This document shows positions 15,937-30,274 of a stretch of 64,000 nucleotides of DNA, in pieces; the stretch's first letter is position 1, and each line of letters opens with the position of its first letter. This stretch comes from Moniliella sp. 'wahieum' (taxonomy: Eukaryota), in assembly GCA_003971905.1 (NCBI GenBank), contig RSEE01000035.1, positions 558,001-622,000 of the forward strand, in the 5' to 3' direction. Both the position numbers and the translations under genes were made by a program. The notes beneath the pieces were generated by a model, which made no database searches, had not been told where the DNA came from, and saw only the letters and a list, made by a program, of their open reading frames with translations.

Positions 15937-17381
15937 ATGGGTGGGCGCCTCCTAGGCTGAGCTGGGCGCGGGGTGGGGGGGGACGGACTGCTTCCCCCAA
16001 GGCCCGGGGGAGGGGGAGGCATAGGCATAGCATGATAAATGCTTGCCGTGGGGTACACAGCCCCCCCCCCCCCACGTCGCTATGATATCATGCGAGCGCT
16101 GCGGATCTAGCCATGGCTGCGCTTCCAACGGACTTTTTAATGTAGTAGCACCGCCCCCATAATCCAATTCGCGCCGGTCTGCTGGACCGCTCAGCGCTTC
16201 TCTCAGCCTGAGAACACATCCCACGGTGGAGTGGCATGACGCTTATAGACGGGTGCAGGCGGCCGTGGCGGACAGAAGGCCGTGCGTGTAGGATGGCTAT
16301 GGCCCACCTCGGCCTGATCAACCTGCTCAACGACTGGGGGAGCATGTACACGCTCTTGGCGACGGTAGGCGCCATGGCAGGACGAGGTGTTGGCTGTGGA
16401 GGTGCAGCGGGCGAGGGACACTGCCGAGGTGCGAGATGGGGCACCCGCTGCGGTGCTTGCCAGCTGGCGCAGTGGATCTGCCTCAGTCCGGGTGCCTTCG
16501 CAAAAAGTCCCCGACAAAGCTGTACGCCGCAAGCGGGATGATCGATGATCGATGGTCGATGAACGCAACGTGGACGTAACGTACACCGCGCTGACCGAGC
16601 GACGGAACTCTGCCTTTCTTACTGGACTCAGCCTTGGGCTGAACTCAGCCGCTGCACCAGGCCCGTACCTGGCCTCAGCCTCACGCCCGCCATTGCTGAT
16701 TCCGCAATCGATCACCACTCGCCTCCCATGTTTGCGAATGGAGAGTGTGCTCACTGGCTATGCACGCTCTGATCTCGCTATTTGCCGATGGACGCCTGCT
16801 GCCGGCAGAGCGTCTGCCTCGTCCAATTGCCTGCGCGAGGAATGGCGTTTCGGCCGGGCTATCTGGACGGATTCAGATCATGCATTCCGACGCCTATCCT
16901 GTCACCGTCTCCGATCGCCGCACTTTTCCGCCCCTGCAGGCACATGCCGCATGCCTTGGCGCCCCCGCATCAGGGTTGGGTGGGGCTGGCGGGCATAGTA
17001 GGGTTCCCTATTTGGTTCTGAGACCTGAGAATCCGACACTGTGGAGGGTGTCATGCCGGCGCCGCGGAATCATGCGTTGAGGGGCGGGCAGGGCGGCGCT
17101 GTCCACGCCACACCCGGGGCGACATGTGATGCGGACGGCGCATGTGATGAAGCGGTGACAGGTGCGGTGTGCGTGCTGCTGCGTGCGGCGGCGGCCGGCG
17201 TGGCTGAAACCAGCGGCGGCGTGGATTGGTCAGGCCAAGGTTTGGTCCACCAAGCCCACGGCCAGCCCAGCCAGCCATATCCTCACGCCCGACCCCCGTC
17301 CCTCCGCCCCAGACCCAGCCGCAGCCCCTCGCCCGCGGCCACCACCCCTTGTCTGTGTGCACCGCTCTCGCACGCTGCCCC

Positions 17382-18822
17382 ATGCCGCTGCTGGATCTCG
17401 CCAAGACGCGCGCCTCCGAGGCCGCGCTCGCTGTCAAATCGCACACCGTCTCCGAGCCTCCATCAAGCCACCGGACAGGCTATGCGGCGGCGGCCCAGCA
17501 CGCCATGAACAGCCGCCGCCCCAAACATGTCCATGCGCACCAGCACAGTCTTGCTGGCCATCCCACCTCGCCGCTTGCCGCCGACCCAGCCATGCAGGTC
17601 GACCCGTCCCTCAGGGCGCTCGCCTCCCACACCTCCACCTCGGTCTCCACCCATGCCTTTCCGCCCAGCGGCGACGCTGCCTTGGCCCGCAAGGCACAAA
17701 ATCGGCATGCCCAGCGCGAATTCCGCCAGCGCAAACAAGAATACATTCGCGCGCTCGAGTGTCGCGTCGACCTGCTCTCCTCGCCGCCGGCGACCCAACT
17801 CAATCGGCTGCGCTGGCTGCTGCGCCAACTGATGCTGGAGAATGCCGAGTTGCGGGTCCTGTTGGGTGTGAGGCTCGCATGTGGCCAGTGATGGCGTCGG
17901 AGGGTTTTTGGGCGCAACGAAAACGTTCGGACCGAATTGGAACGGTTTGTGTACAATCCGTCGGAACAACGCGCCTTGACGGTGTGGGACCCACATTCGG
18001 ACGATAACGATGGCTCGCTTGCGCTGCATGCGCTGCGTGCCCAGTCCCAACTCCCTCCAGAAGCGTCCTTGGTCCCCGTCCAACCTGGTCACCATCCGCC
18101 TCTGCCCACCTTGCCCACCCTCGTTTCGTCCCCGCGCAATAAACGCAAACGCTCCGCGTCCGAGTGCAAGATGGACCAAACCAGGTTAAAACGCAGTGCC
18201 AGTCTACGACCGTCTCCCGACGCAGGCTCGTCGGACAAGGCTGAACAGAACAAAGTGGTCTCTACCACGCGCGCCAATCCTCTTCATCCGCTCCAACTGC
18301 ATCCGCACCCGCATCCGCATCCGCATCCACATCCACCCCCTCCGTTCCGGCTGCCGCCCTGCCTCTATCAAATTTCGGCATACCATCTTGGGCCCCCCTT
18401 GACCCCCCGCCTTACCCGGCCCAACCGGACCCTGTTGGTCCGACGACTTGCCACCCACCTCCCCTGACGCTCGCGCACCCACCGCGAAAGCGTCCGAGCC
18501 CAGTACGACGTCGTTCCCCCCTGGGCAGGAGAACAACGTGGCCTTGGCCGCGATGTATCGAGAAAGCATTGGCCTGGCACCAGCCGAGCCGCCCTCGGCG
18601 GAGTCTTCCCCTACCCCCGAAGTTTGGCCCGCGGCTTCGCCCCCGACCCAGGACAGGGCACAGAACGCGTGCCCCGTCTCGGCCCCACAGCGTCCAGGGA
18701 AAGTAGCCCGTCCCACCCTTTGGAAGGTACAGAGTACCTCGCCATGCCCGTCTCTCCTCGCAGTGGCCCTGATCCCTGCTCCATGGTCCTGGTCCACGGT
18801 CCATGGTCCACGGTCCACTTGA
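17382..18822 (+). CDS. AP-1/Yap-type bZIP transcription factor (3' structure uncertain)
   Basis: Basic region RKAQNRHAQREFRQRKQEYIRALE followed by a leucine-rich segment; downstream Pro/Ser-rich ORFs 17937-18467 and 18448-18822. Confidence 0.75.
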
Positions 18823-21068
18823 TGAAAGGTGAGCGAAAGGAAAGGAAGGGGCTTGGTACTGAACCCTACGGCCTACCCCCCCGTGCCTGCCTACCGTCGC
18901 ACGCGCTACTCGACTTGAAGCTTCGTCTCGGTATCGATAATCCTGCCCGCCCTGCCCGGCCGTCGGCAATGCGTGGCGGAGCGACTAGTGACTAGTGACT
19001 AGTGGCCGTGCTGGGTACGATGCTCGTGCCATCCCCGGGCGTCTGATCGCGCAGATGCGCAAGGTTGGGACCTTCAAGCTTGAAGCTTGGAGCTTGAAGC
19101 TTGAAGCTTGGAGCTTGATCAGATCTCAGACCAACGCGGATGCGCTGGTGCGCTGCTACAGATCAGACCTCGATCTGGCTTGGAGCTTGGGAGGGGGATG
19201 CATAGTGCACCCGGCACACAGTAGCGTAGTGCATCCTGATCGATGATCTGGTTCATGATTCTGATTGGCTGGAGGCCGTGGTATGGGACAGGTGACTAGC
19301 TGACTAGCTGATTAGTGCACAGGTAGCTGGCGAGGAGCAGATCGAGGCCGCTGGGCGCTTATTTTTCCCTGGGATACACATACAGCGCACCAACTAGCCA
19401 ACTCCTCGCTCGTCGCTCGTCGCTCGTCGTCTACCGATCACCGATCACTGATCACCTCGGTCGCATGCCACATGTCACACACCACGACCACGTCACCCAG
19501 AATCATTAACCACCGGTCGCCCAGCGCACCAGCCGGTCACGCTCACGCGATGTACATCGCACGTGCACCAGCACTCGAAATATATAGCCCAGCTCTCTTT
19601 GTACGAGGCACTCAATTGGCTTCCTTGAGGACTCCTACTGGCAGGCCTGAGTCTGAGGCCAGAGGCTGGCCTGAGGGCTCCATGCATGCCAGTTATCGGC
19701 TCACCCAACAAGCTTTGCGGGGGTACAATCCGGTAGACAACGGAAGGACGACGCAGGGTAGTGTGGTGCTTTTGAGCTGCTCGGTGGATCCGAGCGGAGC
19801 TAGATACAAGGAGTGTGGGGGGTCTCGACGTATAGCAGAGGCGGCTGCACTGGGTGGGGCAATACTGTGTATGGATGTAGGCACCGGCGTGGGCAGTAGT
19901 AGGAAATTGTCTGAAGCTCCCGGCGCGTAGGAACGGGGAGATAGGTAGCGGAGGGCAAACACTGCCGGAGCTGCGGGACTGGATAGGGACGGGATTCGGT
20001 GTGGCCGGAAGAGAACCCACGCGCGCGCGACAAGACGGGGAGTGAACTCGACGTGGCCACAGGAGGGCTCCAGCCACTTGAGACTGTGTTGGAAAGCTGA
20101 GAGCGGGGGGGAGGAGCTGGTGAAAGATGAGGTTGGATGGCGATGAGGCAACTAAGTGAAGACGAAGGGTGTGGGTACTGGATCAATCGGCTGAACATGG
20201 ACATGTGGTGGACACACGAAAGGCGGATGAGGGGAACGAAAATGGAAGGTTGGGAAAAGTGTCAGCGAATGACTAAGCTTGCTCCAATTTCCTACTCTGC
20301 ATCCTGTGTCTCTCGCTCTTCCTTTTCCTTTTGCTTCTGTTCTCTGCCCGGTGCCGTCTGTTTCCTCCCACGAACGATCTGACCTTCCCTCCGCCTCTGA
20401 CAGGACCTTGGTCTCCCTCGTTTAGTCCTGACTGTTACAGACGTCAGGCTGAGCTATCAGTACGTCACGCGTCAGGGATGATTGGATACTCGATTGGGAA
20501 CACCATGGGGACTTGCATGTGATGTGGATCACACCGATCACGTGACCCAACGCCTCGCTGCGAGACGTGCGGTAGGCTCCGGCGGGTGCTGGACCTCTGC
20601 TGGACAGCTGGCTAGTCAAGAAAAGGCGAAAAGGGCGCCAGGAGGGGTGGCCTGGTGGGTGCCTGGAACCGGGCGGTAGCCAACGTAGTTAATAGGGTTA
20701 ATAGGGGAGTGTGACATGTGACGTGTGACATGGTTGCGTCTAAAAACGGTCAACGTGGGCGCATGCATGTGGCTGATGGATGATGCACGCGTGGCGGATG
20801 GATGATGGGGGCCATGCGACAAGGCGCCCAGGACATGTGCTCGCTCTTTAGCAGCCAGCAAGCGTACCTGAGTGGTGCAGGCACAGGGGCTGTGTGGGCA
20901 CGCGTATGCCAGAGTGCGGTGGGGTGCGGAGGATCGGCCAGGCCTTGCACGCCTCGCCCAGCGCTGCCTGGCCAGCCCAGCCCAGCCGGCCCAGCTTCAG
21001 AGCTTCAGCGCCTTCCGTGCCCCTGGTCACGCCCACGGCCCTTGCCTCCGCCAGCCAGCCCATCCAGC

Positions 21069-22407
21069 ATGCCATCCGCGCGGCTGCCCGCCCTGCTGGC
21101 CACGCTCGTTCTCCTGGCTGTGTGCGTCGTCGAGGTGCTTATCAGTGTCGGCGTGCCGGTCTGGAAGGCCATCTACTTTGCTCGCCTCTCCACGGCCGGC
21201 TCCGACGCGGTCGACGTCGGCGTCTGGAGCCTCTGCACCACACAAGGCCGCTGCACCAAGGCGTCCGTCGGTCTCGTTTGGCATCCGAACCAACTCGACT
21301 CGACCCCTGCGCCCACGGGCGACGTTCTGATCAAGGGTCTCACCGCCGCCCTCATCCTCCACCCCATCGCGGCTGGCCTAGCTGCGCTGGAAGCCCTCTG
21401 TGCGCTTCTAACCTCCTTTGGCTCACAGAGGCCAAAGGGTATGTGGGGCAGCGCGGTGGGTGCCTTTTTGTCGTGCGTTGTCACCCTGGGCGCGTTTGGT
21501 GTCAGTATCGCCGTCGTCTTGTTGGCCCGGAGCCGATATGTGGGCACCGTTTCCTTTGGCCCTGCTCTGTGGATGTCAGTCGGTGCGTCGGCAGCGGCGG
21601 TGCTCGCAGTTCTCGTCGCCATCTGTGCAGCTGGGATGAGCTCCCTGCAAGAGGACGCTACGGAATATGTGCCCTCCCACCTCGCCTACCCCACTCCGTC
21701 TACCAACCAACAGACGTGGTCCGATCAATCCGTGCTCGCCACCAAAGAGACCGAGGCGCAAAAGATGAACTACTTTGACCATGGCGACGACCCAGAGGGC
21801 ACCACCACCTCACGCACCCAGCTCAACGCCACTACTCATCCCGACGGGTACGCGTATGATGGAGGTTATTCTACCACCCCCCCAACCGTACCCCTCGTAC
21901 TACCCCACCCCCGCTGCCCCGGCCCCTACCCCCGGGACCTGGGACGTCAGTGGGTACGTGTACCCTAATCAGGGTACTTGGGGAGACCACTATGCCCCGG
22001 GTCAGTCGGGCGCCGCGGCGCAGCACCAAGGTGACCAAGAGCTCCTAGCCCGAGACGGCTACCCTGCCCAGGCTCCGGCCGAGACAGAACCAGGCTACGA
22101 CGCCACTGCTCCTTCAGCAGAGGTTCCATCGCAAGGCGGAGGGGTGCAGTACGGCGTGGCGTATAGCGATCCTAATGACCCCGAGGCCAGTAGTCGGTAC
22201 AGCGGTGCGGACGCGTACGAAGCATATGATACCGCTTACCCTCCCGGTTCGGCCGCGTTGCGGGCTAGTGTGCCGCCCACGCCTGGATCCGAGGTGGATG
22301 CGATCGCGTTCCAGCCGCCTGTGTCGCCCTCGACCAGTAGGGCGCGTACGCGCGAAGCGTATGCCCGCGTCGCTCACACGGTCTCCGCCTCCCAGGCCTA
22401 CCACTGA
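21069..22407 (+). CDS. SUR7/PalI-family membrane protein with a Tyr/Pro-rich C-terminal tail; frameshift near 21880
   Basis: Hydrophobic N-terminus, claudin-like GVWSLC...C motif, LILHPIAAGLA, FGPALWMS and four hydrophobic segments. Confidence 0.85.
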
Positions 22408-23243
22408 GGATGGGCGCAGCAGCAGGCGCGTGCCACAGCTGCATACGACTCTGCGTACCAACCCTTTGTGCCCGATTGCTCGTCCCGACCTGGCTACCAG
22501 GCGTAGCCTTTTTCCGAGGGCTTCCCTCCCGCCCCCCATATAGATACACCCCAACCTTTGCTGCGGATGCCTTGGACGTTTTTCGTACCCCCTGCCTTGT
22601 TGCCTGCCCTTCCTTTCTTGTCAGATTCCCCCGTCCCCCTGGTCACTTGATGTACCCCTTCCTGCCTGTGTATTTCTTTCCCCTGTCACCTTGCCTCCCT
22701 TTCCTTTTTGGCCCTCGCTTGGCTGCTTCCCCTGTGGCTTGCTCGCTCGCGCTCGTTTGCAACTCCAATGACACATCCGGGGCTTCCCCCACGCTTTACC
22801 TTGGATGCAGGGCGCTAGACCTCACCTTGGGCGCTGCTGCAGCCGTGCGTGCGCTCTCTTCATCTCTCATGTTTGCCGTCTCGTTCTAGGGTAGGTGAAG
22901 GATGAGGGATTCGATGAGGCCCGGGAGACCCGTTGAACGTTGAACTTCCACATTGAGAGCCCGAGTCCGAGATCGCCCTGGCCTATTGCTTCGCCTACAG
23001 TTCACCCAAGGCCTTGCGTGCGGCCACAGGTCGCACTCCCCTCGGCGAGCTGTACCAGCTGCGCCCTCTACGGTCCGGGCGCCTTGTCCACCTGTTGACC
23101 TGGGCACCTGTGTCATCTGTCCGCCTATCCATCCCACCCCACCGCGGCGACCCACGCCAGAGGCCAAGACAGACGCAATCCAATTCGAGGTGAACACTAA
23201 GGCCCACGAGGAAGCCCAGGGTTCGCACGTGCAGCCGGGTGGT

Positions 23244-23637
23244 CTATGCGCCACCACTGGACCGAGGCAAGAAACCAAAACAGGCCAAAGAGCAGAGCAA
23301 AGGAAGGCAAACGAGTGCGGTTCAACGCGGGCGGGTGCACAGGCAAATGCGCAGACACGTACAAGAATGTTGTTGATGGGAATGTGGATGAGCTTGACAA
23401 AGTAGCCAATGAAGCCCATCACGACAAAGCCGACGCCCACAGCGCGGCAGATCTGCAGGTACTCTGCAACGGGGGGAGTGGTTAGCAACCAAGCGTAAGC
23501 GCAAGAGCAAGAGCAAGAGCAAGAGCAAGCGACACATACCCTGTTCGTTGGGCTTCTTGCACCCGGTTCATAAACTGGGTGCCCTCCTTGACGAACTGCT
23601 TGGTATCGTTGATGGTCTCCTGGATGGGGTTGGCCAT
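23244..23637 (-). CDS. SSS1: Sec61 translocon gamma subunit (3 exons)
   Basis: [16 protein letters not shown] (with one extra G), [34 protein letters not shown] and final exon GGA-stop. Introns 23464-23539 and about 23257-23362. Confidence 0.93.
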
Positions 23638-25172
23638 TTTGTGCGAGAAGGGTGGTGGGGGGAGGCAGAGGCGTGGTGCGACGCTGCCGGCGCCAAACCC
23701 CCGCCCGGGGGGCAGCATCCAGCCAGCCGACCACGTGGAGCGCGCATGAAACATTTCAGCATGCGGGCTTCTGGCCGGCGTGCGATGCGTGATGCATAAT
23801 GGGTGATGCACCCGGAGCTTACGTACGTGCGCACCAGCCGTCTGTGGCGTGGCTTCGGAATCGTGTCAAGCATGGCAGCCAATCCAAGTGCGGGGGAGAT
23901 GGCCGCAGTTGCGGCTGCCCTCAAGCTCCTCAAGGCTCAGGCTAAGTCCCACCACCACGGCGTGCTGCTTCGCTGCGTGCCGCTTGCCATCCCCCGCCCA
24001 TGCCACCCAGATGCCCAGGGCGTCCCGCTCTCCCACCTTCCACCCCAGTCCGAACCCAAAAGGCGCACGCTTCGTCCCCTTCTCAATCCCGCTTCCCCCC
24101 GCCTGCCAACGCCCCACGGGCACACTAGGAAAATACGGGCACGTACGCGTGCGTTCATGCAACGTTCTCTGTCCCGCCGTACCCCATGCCGCCTTCCCGA
24201 CGACAACCTTACTCTTCTCCACCCGACACACACTGGGCCCGGATGCAACGGCAATCCGCCCCAGCTGGCATCCTCGCAGGAAACCCACAATGAATGTCTT
24301 TTTGTCATGACAGGGTACGAGGGTGCAAGTGATAGGGAAGTGGAAATCTGGCCGTTTAACCTTCAACTGTGTTTACTAGTAACTAGCCCGGCATAAATTC
24401 GCCCAGCCACATCGGCGAACCTTGTGACACGAGTAGCAAGAGGGTTATACCCGGTTGCCGACCGTGGCTACGCTGACATCCGTAGCCGAGCTGGTGACCG
24501 CGACTCGGAACCGCGTGGCATTGTGGCCATCCCAAGAAGCGTGGGATCAACAAGTATGCCATCCATCTTCTACGCCCACAATTGGTTCGTCCTGCCGATG
24601 CTGTACCCACCGTTGATCCGACTTTGCCCACAGGGCGCCGCTTTGGTGCAGGTTCACAGCTGCAACCTGGACTATGTACGGGAAGATCGAGATGTGTGTC
24701 TCCCTCTCCCTCTCCTTCTCCCTCTCGGATGAGAACTGGAGTCCCGATGGTCCTCGAGGGTGGTGCAATCGCACTGGTGCAGCGGTGGTGGTCTAACCAA
24801 GCCAGGCAGCAACACCTACAGAGGAACATCAAGCCGCCAGTCGCCACCCGGGGTAGGCTGCGGAACAAGGAAACTAGAAGCGAGAAACAACGGAACTCCT
24901 ACGTCTGAGGAGGGGCTGAAGGGACGTTCCGTCTCCCTCTCTCTCTTTCCTTCCTACCAAACTATAGGCTCCGCTGCATCCGTCATCGATCATCCTCGAA
25001 TTGAGATCATGCGGTTGAGGCCTGGACAGAGTTCAACTTGAACGCATTGCCAGAGGGAATTCCTTCTGGGGTTGCCACTCGTCATTTCGTTCTTCAGAGC
25101 CAAGCCGAGCAGGCTGTAACAGCAAAGTCAGGCCTCAAGGGAAAAGGGGAAAGAAAAGTACACGCAAAAAAA

Positions 25173-25268
25173 TGACTGCGCCCGGGATCGAACCGAGGAC
25201 CTTATCCGATAACTACGGCACAGGGCCAATGTTAAGGATACGTGATAACCAACTAACACCACGCTGCC
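25173..25268 (-). tRNA. tRNA-Val(AAC) with an intron of about 21 nt
   Basis: Minus strand GGCAGCG...TAGTTGG (A box), anticodon stem TATCC/GGATA with TT-AAC-A then intron, T arm CTCGG-TTCGATC-CCGGG, followed immediately by a T7 Pol III terminator. Confidence 0.9.
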
Positions 25269-26590
25269 ATCTGAACAGCACTGCTTGAAGCAAACTTACA
25301 GGGTGGGCTAGTGGGGTTCTTGAAAAGACTCCACCAGATGCGGATTGGATGTTGGTAGTCGTCCACTTGTAGGACCGTGCCGTAGGGATGGCGGTGGGCG
25401 GGTTGTTTGGGGTGTTTGAAACTGATGGCGTTTTCTTGCGGTTGGTTCCTAGCACCGAATGAGGCTGTCAAGCTAGGTATACGTATTGTTTTGGTTTATC
25501 AACAGTAGCTGGTGGTAGAGAAGCATGCGAGTTGTTGTGGGGATATAGGGTCTTGAGGCCCTGAGCCGGCTGCGGCCCCTGAAGCATCTGATGCATGATG
25601 CTTGATGGGCCCCTGGCGCAAGGCGGATTCTCGCAGGCTCATCTCATTAACATTGGCGCACGCCGCCTCTGGATCCGATCGCCAACAGATCAACGCACAT
25701 CGGATGAAAACGATGGCTCGGATCCATCGAATCCCTAGTGGCCCAGTCCGAGTCATCGATCATTGCATCATCGACGTGCACATGCCATCTGAGCTGCGCA
25801 TCTTCTCGCATGTCAGTAACTCTTCACTTCTCAGTATGGATTGGACGCTTACTTTACCGTCTAAGTTGGGCCTGGTTGGGCTCAGCGCCCCAAGGCGGGC
25901 TGAGCTGTTGAGGCTGTAGGTATATACGAGGAGGGAGCTGAGCGGCTGCACGAGTGCGTCTCTTGAGCAGCGCTGAGCTGAGCGCGCGAAATCTCTCCGC
26001 CTCGTCCCTGGGGCCCCTGGGGGGTTGGGGGGTGGCGGCGTGTCGACTGGTCAGGGTGCTGGCGTGGGAGCCGGGAGGGACAGGCGCTGAATATGGAATG
26101 GTGGACGCATCGTTGAGCTGATGAACGTGGGCGTTGACGCGGTCCACGCTGAGCCAGCGCTCAGCCCCAGCGCTGCTGAGGCTCAGCGCTCCCTTCGGTG
26201 GGCGCCACCCGAAGCGGGAAGACGGGAGACCTCGCTTAAGTGGGCAAGCGAACCGGGGGCAGGCGCGCACGGCGCCAGTGCCTGCCCACTGTCGCCCCTT
26301 GCCCGACGCGCCCCGGATGTGCGCCGCCGCATTGCGGGCGGCGTTTTTAATTGGCTGGAGTCGATGTGCATGATGCTTGCTATATGAGATGGCGAGCACA
26401 AGCAACCCATCCGACGGGAGCAGCCCCCTCTAGCACCACCCCCGCCGCCCTCCGTCTCGCCATCGCCATCTCCCGCGCCATCCCACCTCCATCTCCGTCG
26501 CCTCTGGTCCTCCACCCGCCTCGCCTCCACCCTCATCCGCGCCACCGCCTCCCGTAACCCTGTGATATCCGTGTGCTCTCGGCGGCCGTC

Positions 26591-29500
26591 ATGAGCACCG
26601 TCCCCCGCTCCCTCCCCGCCCCGCCCCCCTTCACCTCCTCCCCCGCCCCCGTCTCCGCCCCGCCCCGCCGCCACCCCTACGTAGTCCCTGCCCCCGTCCC
26701 GCCCCCGCCGTGCTCTCCGCCACCTGGCCCGCAGCCGCACCCCCATCGAGGGCCGCCCCCTTCTTCCCTCACGCGACAAGCGCCGCAGCCGATCAGTCAA
26801 CGACCTCTTCGCCACCCACCCAGACTATGGCCGTAGCACCCATACTGGCCATGGCCTTGGCTACCCCCACGCTGTTCAGGGCCTAGGCTTGTCTTTTGAG
26901 CCTAGCGCGAGTGCGCCCGCCCACGACTACTTCTCTTGGGTTTACCCGTCCCGCCCCACGTCTACCTCATCGCCAATTCTCTCGAGAGTGCCGCTTCTCA
27001 ACTAGCAGCCGCGGACGGCCCTGTCACTCATCTCCTCCTAGGTTCCATTCCCAGCCCAGTCCAGTTGACCCTTTACTCCAAGAGCACTTGCCCCGGTTGG
27101 CACCTAGCTTACTGTGCGTCCTCTCTGTTGCTCTGCAAATGTTGTGCACTTTTTTTCCTGACTGATTCATTCGTGCAGCGTTCTCAAGATAGACAACTGT
27201 CAGCTTACGTTCTGCCGGCTGGCCTAGAGCTGTGTACCAAGTGGAGGAACTGGACATTTCGCGCAACCCACTTGGAGAGTCACTTCCTCCTTGTATCGCC
27301 CGCCTCACCAGCCTACGAGTCCTCCTTGCTGACCAGCTCGGTCTTACCGCGTTCCCGCCCTGGCTGATATGGGGGCTCGCTTACCGTTCTTTCCGTCCGG
27401 CAGAACTCCTTGGACCATTTCCCTCGTCGCTCCACAAGCTTGTCCGCCTTGAGCGCCTCACGATCGAGAACAATCCCTGGTCTCCTACCTGGACCCCGCT
27501 CCTGACGGCCATCATCAACGCTCCACCCCAAAAGGTGGGGGCATCGCTAGAAACCCAGTCTTCGGCTACGTGCCAGTGCGTACGACGATGATGAAGAAGA
27601 CCTCATCAGTTCCACCGCTGGCACACCGACCAAATCGCCCCCAACAGGCATTCTAGCGGCATTACGAGCATCTAACATTGGTGAGGTCAAAGCGTCTCAA
27701 GGCGTCGCAGCTCCATTGCCCTGCATGGGCTGGGTACCCGTAGAGCCTCTCAGCCGGCTTCAGGGCCACCTACCTCGGCCTCGTCGGCACCCAAATCGAA
27801 AAACAGTGGCCGTCACTCTTTTGGATCGGCCGATGCGCGCTCCGACCGATCCAAGTGGAGCTTTTCCCTTCACCGTAGTAAAGGGTTCAAGTTCGAGCAA
27901 CCAAGCAAGCAATTTTCCTCCCACGTAACTTGTCGGGCACCTTCAAGCCTCTCCGCCCTCCTGAATCTGACACGTCCCCTTCTCCTTCAACCTCGGCCAC
28001 AGGTCCCCTCACCCCGCTCGACATTCGGCGTTTTCTGGTATCAACTTTTGGAGAGCCTATCGTCAGGCGTCCAGTCTCCCTCGCCTGGCCACCTGCCCTG
28101 GGCTCGCCTTCAGCCTTTCGTCCTGGCGGGGCCGACCATCCATCGTTAGCAGCACCCTATCATACCTCTCTCTCGCTCCCGGTGCGTCTCCGTGCACAAC
28201 CGAAACGCTTCTTCTTCGTCAGTTGATTGGACTCATCGCCAGGCAGTGGAGCACCGCATCGGACATTAAGCATCTACTTGCGTCCTTACGTGACATGCAT
28301 GACCTTGAGGTCGCAGAGGCTGCGTACCAGGCGTCCGCCACTACCCCTTTTTCCACATTGGCACGCACCTACCCGATCACCTCTGCCGGGGAAGGGCCGG
28401 GGTCCCAAGTCGGCATGCGCCTCGGTGCCAGATATCAAAAGCATGGAGACCCCAGCTCAGACGGCGGATCATCAAGAGATTGTTTCGTCGGAAGAGTCGT
28501 ACGTAGGGAGCGTTGCAGGAGTTTATCGATGTGTATGTCGCTGCAGCAGAGCAGTTTGACCCTACAACCTCGGCCCCCACCGTTCCTTTGGTGGAACAAC
28601 GGATCGTGTTTGGCAACATCCCTGCCCTCATTCACCTCCACACCAACTCTTTCTTGCCTGCGCTCCAAGCTGCTGCACGGGCAGAGGAGGAACCGGAATC
28701 GGGCTTGCCCGATGCAGTGGACCGCATTGCCGAGGTATTCTTGGTTCATTCGGCCTTTTTCCGCATGTACACGGCCTACATCAACAATTGTGACTTGGCG
28801 CAGCAGCTGGTGGCTCTATGGGAAGGCGTCGTTGTCCCGCCAGGGATTGAGGCAAGACTGGCCGCACGCCTCCACACGGCGCCAGCGCCATGTCTACTCC
28901 CCGTGTCTTCGCACAGTGCGTCTGCATCGGCGGCCGGGTCAGATTTTTCAGTAGAGAGCGACATGATCCAGCGGGCGTCCGCAGTCAAGCCTGCCGCCTC
29001 GCTGGTTGGAGGCAAAGCGGGACCCCCTCGCGAGCTGGCAGTGTGGGGAGGGTGTGCTGTCCAAGTCGGCACGTAAGGCTCGACAAAAGTACCTTCGCAA
29101 ATGCGCCCAAGATCCACGCCGATCCCACATGTCCATCGAGTCGTACTTGATGCTTCCAGTCCAACGCGTCCCACGTTATCGTCTTTTGCTTGAGGCCTTG
29201 GTCAAAGCCACTCCGCCTCCTCGCATTGATCCGGTAGAACGCGGAATGCCAGCGATGGGTCACGCCCTGAAAATCGTAGCCCACCACATGAACCTGTGCT
29301 TCCCTCTGGGGGGTCAACCTTCCCTCCCACGAGGGAGTGCCGCTTCTGTGGCGGAGCCCCAGCGTGGCTCGATCCGAGGCACGCGGGCCCTGCTCGTCTA
29401 GGCCAGAGGAAGCTCCTTCTGATTCGAGATCCACGGCAAACCAAGCCAGCGATGCCATGTCCAATCCGTTGGCGACTGAGCCCATGTCCCCGATGGTGAA

Positions 29501-30274
29501 TTCGCAGCCACCGGTCGCCCATCCCCGCCATACGGCCAACAGCCGGTTGGATGAGGCACTGGTTCAGATTTGTGAACTAGCGCACATGATCAACGAGTCA
29601 AAGCGCAGAGCTGAGCAGGATCGGCGCCTGTTGAGTGGCAAGCACGGATCGCTGGCTCCTTTCCCTCCCCTTTGGTCCAACCCCATCGTCGACTGGTCCG
29701 AGACGGGGTGGTGATGCTGCGCAAAATTGTGCGTCTCTCCTCGGAACGGGGCAACCACGGTTCGGATCCGGTCAAGAACGTACCGACATTGCAGCAAACC
29801 GTTGTGGAGGAACCAGTGGTGTTGCTCCTCTGCACTGACCTTGCTGTCTTTCTCACTGCTCCTCCTGATTTTCTCCCTCTTCTCCGTGCAGCGGGGCAAG
29901 AGGCCGCCGCCCACGCAGCTATGATGGAGGCCGTGGCAGCGTCCACCTGCACCTCGCCCGACGCTTCCATCGAGATGCGATGGGAGTCCGATGGTCTGCG
30001 CAGTGCGGGCGCACCCGCACGACCTCCGCCGCCCGACTCGGCGGGCCCACTGCTCCATGTTGAGCCCATGCTGTTGCTCGAGCCATTTGCCATCTTGCGC
30101 CGGTGGCCCGGTGGCACCGGTCCCGCGTCCGCCATGCAGATGCAGGGCACCACGGTCGAACGCGTAGATGCAACCACGTTGCGCATCATGGACCACACCA
30201 AGCTTCTCTACCTTTCCGCCCAGTCCCCCGGCGATGCCGAGGCTTGGATTGCTGCCCTAGGCCAGGCCAACTGA
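26591..30274 (+). CDS. LRR plus RhoGEF (DH) plus PH-like domain protein; introns and frameshifts, start uncertain
   Basis: LRRs ELDISRNPLGESLPPCIARLTSLRVL and LERLTIENNPW; DH motifs RIIKEIVSSEESYV, IVFGNIPALIHLH and SIESYLMLPVQRVPRYRLLL; PH-like RRLVRDG...AEAWIAAL. Confidence 0.8.
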
